From the NCBI GenBank assembly GCA_947085195.1, contig CAMTVM010000030.1, forward strand, positions 337 to 64,336: 64,000 bases of DNA, read 5' to 3'. This document shows positions 63,578-64,000 of this stretch, in pieces (within the stretch, counting starts at the first letter, position 1; the number at the start of each line of letters is the position of its first letter). The notes under the pieces are model-generated. The model was given only the letters and a program-made list of their open reading frames with translations. It made no database searches and had not been told where the DNA came from. This DNA comes from an uncultured Chloroflexota bacterium. GTDB lineage: Bacteria; Chloroflexota; Limnocylindria; Limnocylindrales; CSP1-4. The position numbers and the translations under genes are program-made.

Positions 63578-64000
63578 ATGACGCTAACGCGCCGCCCGTC
63601 GCCCTTCAGCGAGCTCTTGACGCTTCGCCAGGCGATGGACCGACTGTTCGATGACACCGTCTTCCGGCCATTCGCGGCCTACGCCGGCAACGGGGACCTC
63701 GCCCGCCTGCCGCTGGACGTGCGCACCACGCCGGATGATCTTCTGGTGGAGGCGGCCCTGCCGGGCGTGAAGCCCGAGGACGTCGATATCACCGTCGATA
63801 ACAACACCCTCACCATCCGCGCCGAGGACCGCTCGGAGCGCTCCGGCGAGGAGTCCGGTTGGCTGGTCCGCGAGATCGCCCGCGGCAGCGTGATGCGAAC
63901 CGTGACCCTGCCCACCGGCCTGGAGGCCGAGAAGACCGAGGCCACGTTCGAGCACGGCGTGCTCAGGCTCCGCATCCCCAGGGCCGAGCAGGTCAAGCCG
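63578..64000 (+). CDS. Hsp20/alpha-crystallin small heat-shock protein (3' end beyond window)
   Basis: AGGAGG lies 8 nt upstream of the ATG at 63578. The sequence is LPLDVRTTPDDLLVEAALPGVKPEDVDITVDNNTLTIRAE...ATFEHGVLRLRIP. The frame is open to the window end and is not in the ORF track because no stop is present. Confidence 0.85.
   Translation, partial: MTLTRRPSPFSELLTLRQAMDRLFDDTVFRPFAAYAGNGDLARLPLDVRTTPDDLLVEAALPGVKPEDVDITVDNNTLTIRAEDRSERSGEESGWLVREIARGSVMRTVTLPTGLEAEKTEATFEHGVLRLRIPRAEQVKP

Overview
This is a 64-kb segment of a high-GC (about 70%) bacterial chromosome. Gene content and lipoprotein style suggest a monoderm Actinomycetota- or Chloroflexota-like lineage, but the lineage cannot be fixed from sequence alone. 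I found no rRNA, tRNA, CRISPR array, integrase or transposase. Most long ORFs in the six-frame track are GC-driven antisense or out-of-frame shadow ORFs, or 5' over-extensions of real genes. I re-set starts using domain boundaries, RBS motifs and ATGA/GTGA stop-start overlaps.

Layout:
- 0.46-22.4 kb: a carbohydrate utilisation locus. It holds a ThuB/ThuA-like pair, a CUT1 sugar ABC importer with no ATPase gene, an enolase-superfamily dehydratase and a GntR regulator. These are followed by a long translationally coupled operon encoding a mutarotase-like protein, an SDR, a lactonase, GH36, GH38, GH2, an unknown Asp-box protein, an SDR, a TIM-barrel isomerase and a Gfo/Idh/MocA oxidoreductase.
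- 22.4-27.4 kb: an accessory-looking patch. It holds an alpha/beta hydrolase, an orphan membrane-anchored SagB-type dehydrogenase, a single-ORF VapB-VapC fusion, a Zn-ADH and two gene remnants.
- 27.4-37.8 kb: a 12-gene minus-strand corrinoid uptake, salvage and nucleotide-loop operon (btuFCD-cobO-cobS-cbiZ-cbiB-cobD-cobU-cobC-pduX-cobT) behind a clear cobalamin riboswitch. cobQ is divergent.
- 39.5-45 kb: a decayed DUF3494 gene, a nucleoside phosphorylase, a GGDEF/HD-GYP protein, and an acyl-ACP thioesterase translationally coupled to unannotatable small proteins.
- 45-64 kb: housekeeping and transport genes. These are acyP, holB, an NYN-domain protein with a long RGG-rich repetitive tail, a GNAT, livKHMGF, hpt, csoR, rsmG, a metallophosphoesterase, an APC-like permease with Usp and two TrkA genes, and a partial hsp20.

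I could not demonstrate a clearly novel system. The best candidates for follow-up are:
- the hypothetical trio coupled to the thioesterase (43.5-44.8 kb)
- the Asp-box protein inside the GH operon
- the DUF4405-like/Tat/SagB fusion
- the fused VapBC
- the NYN-IDR protein
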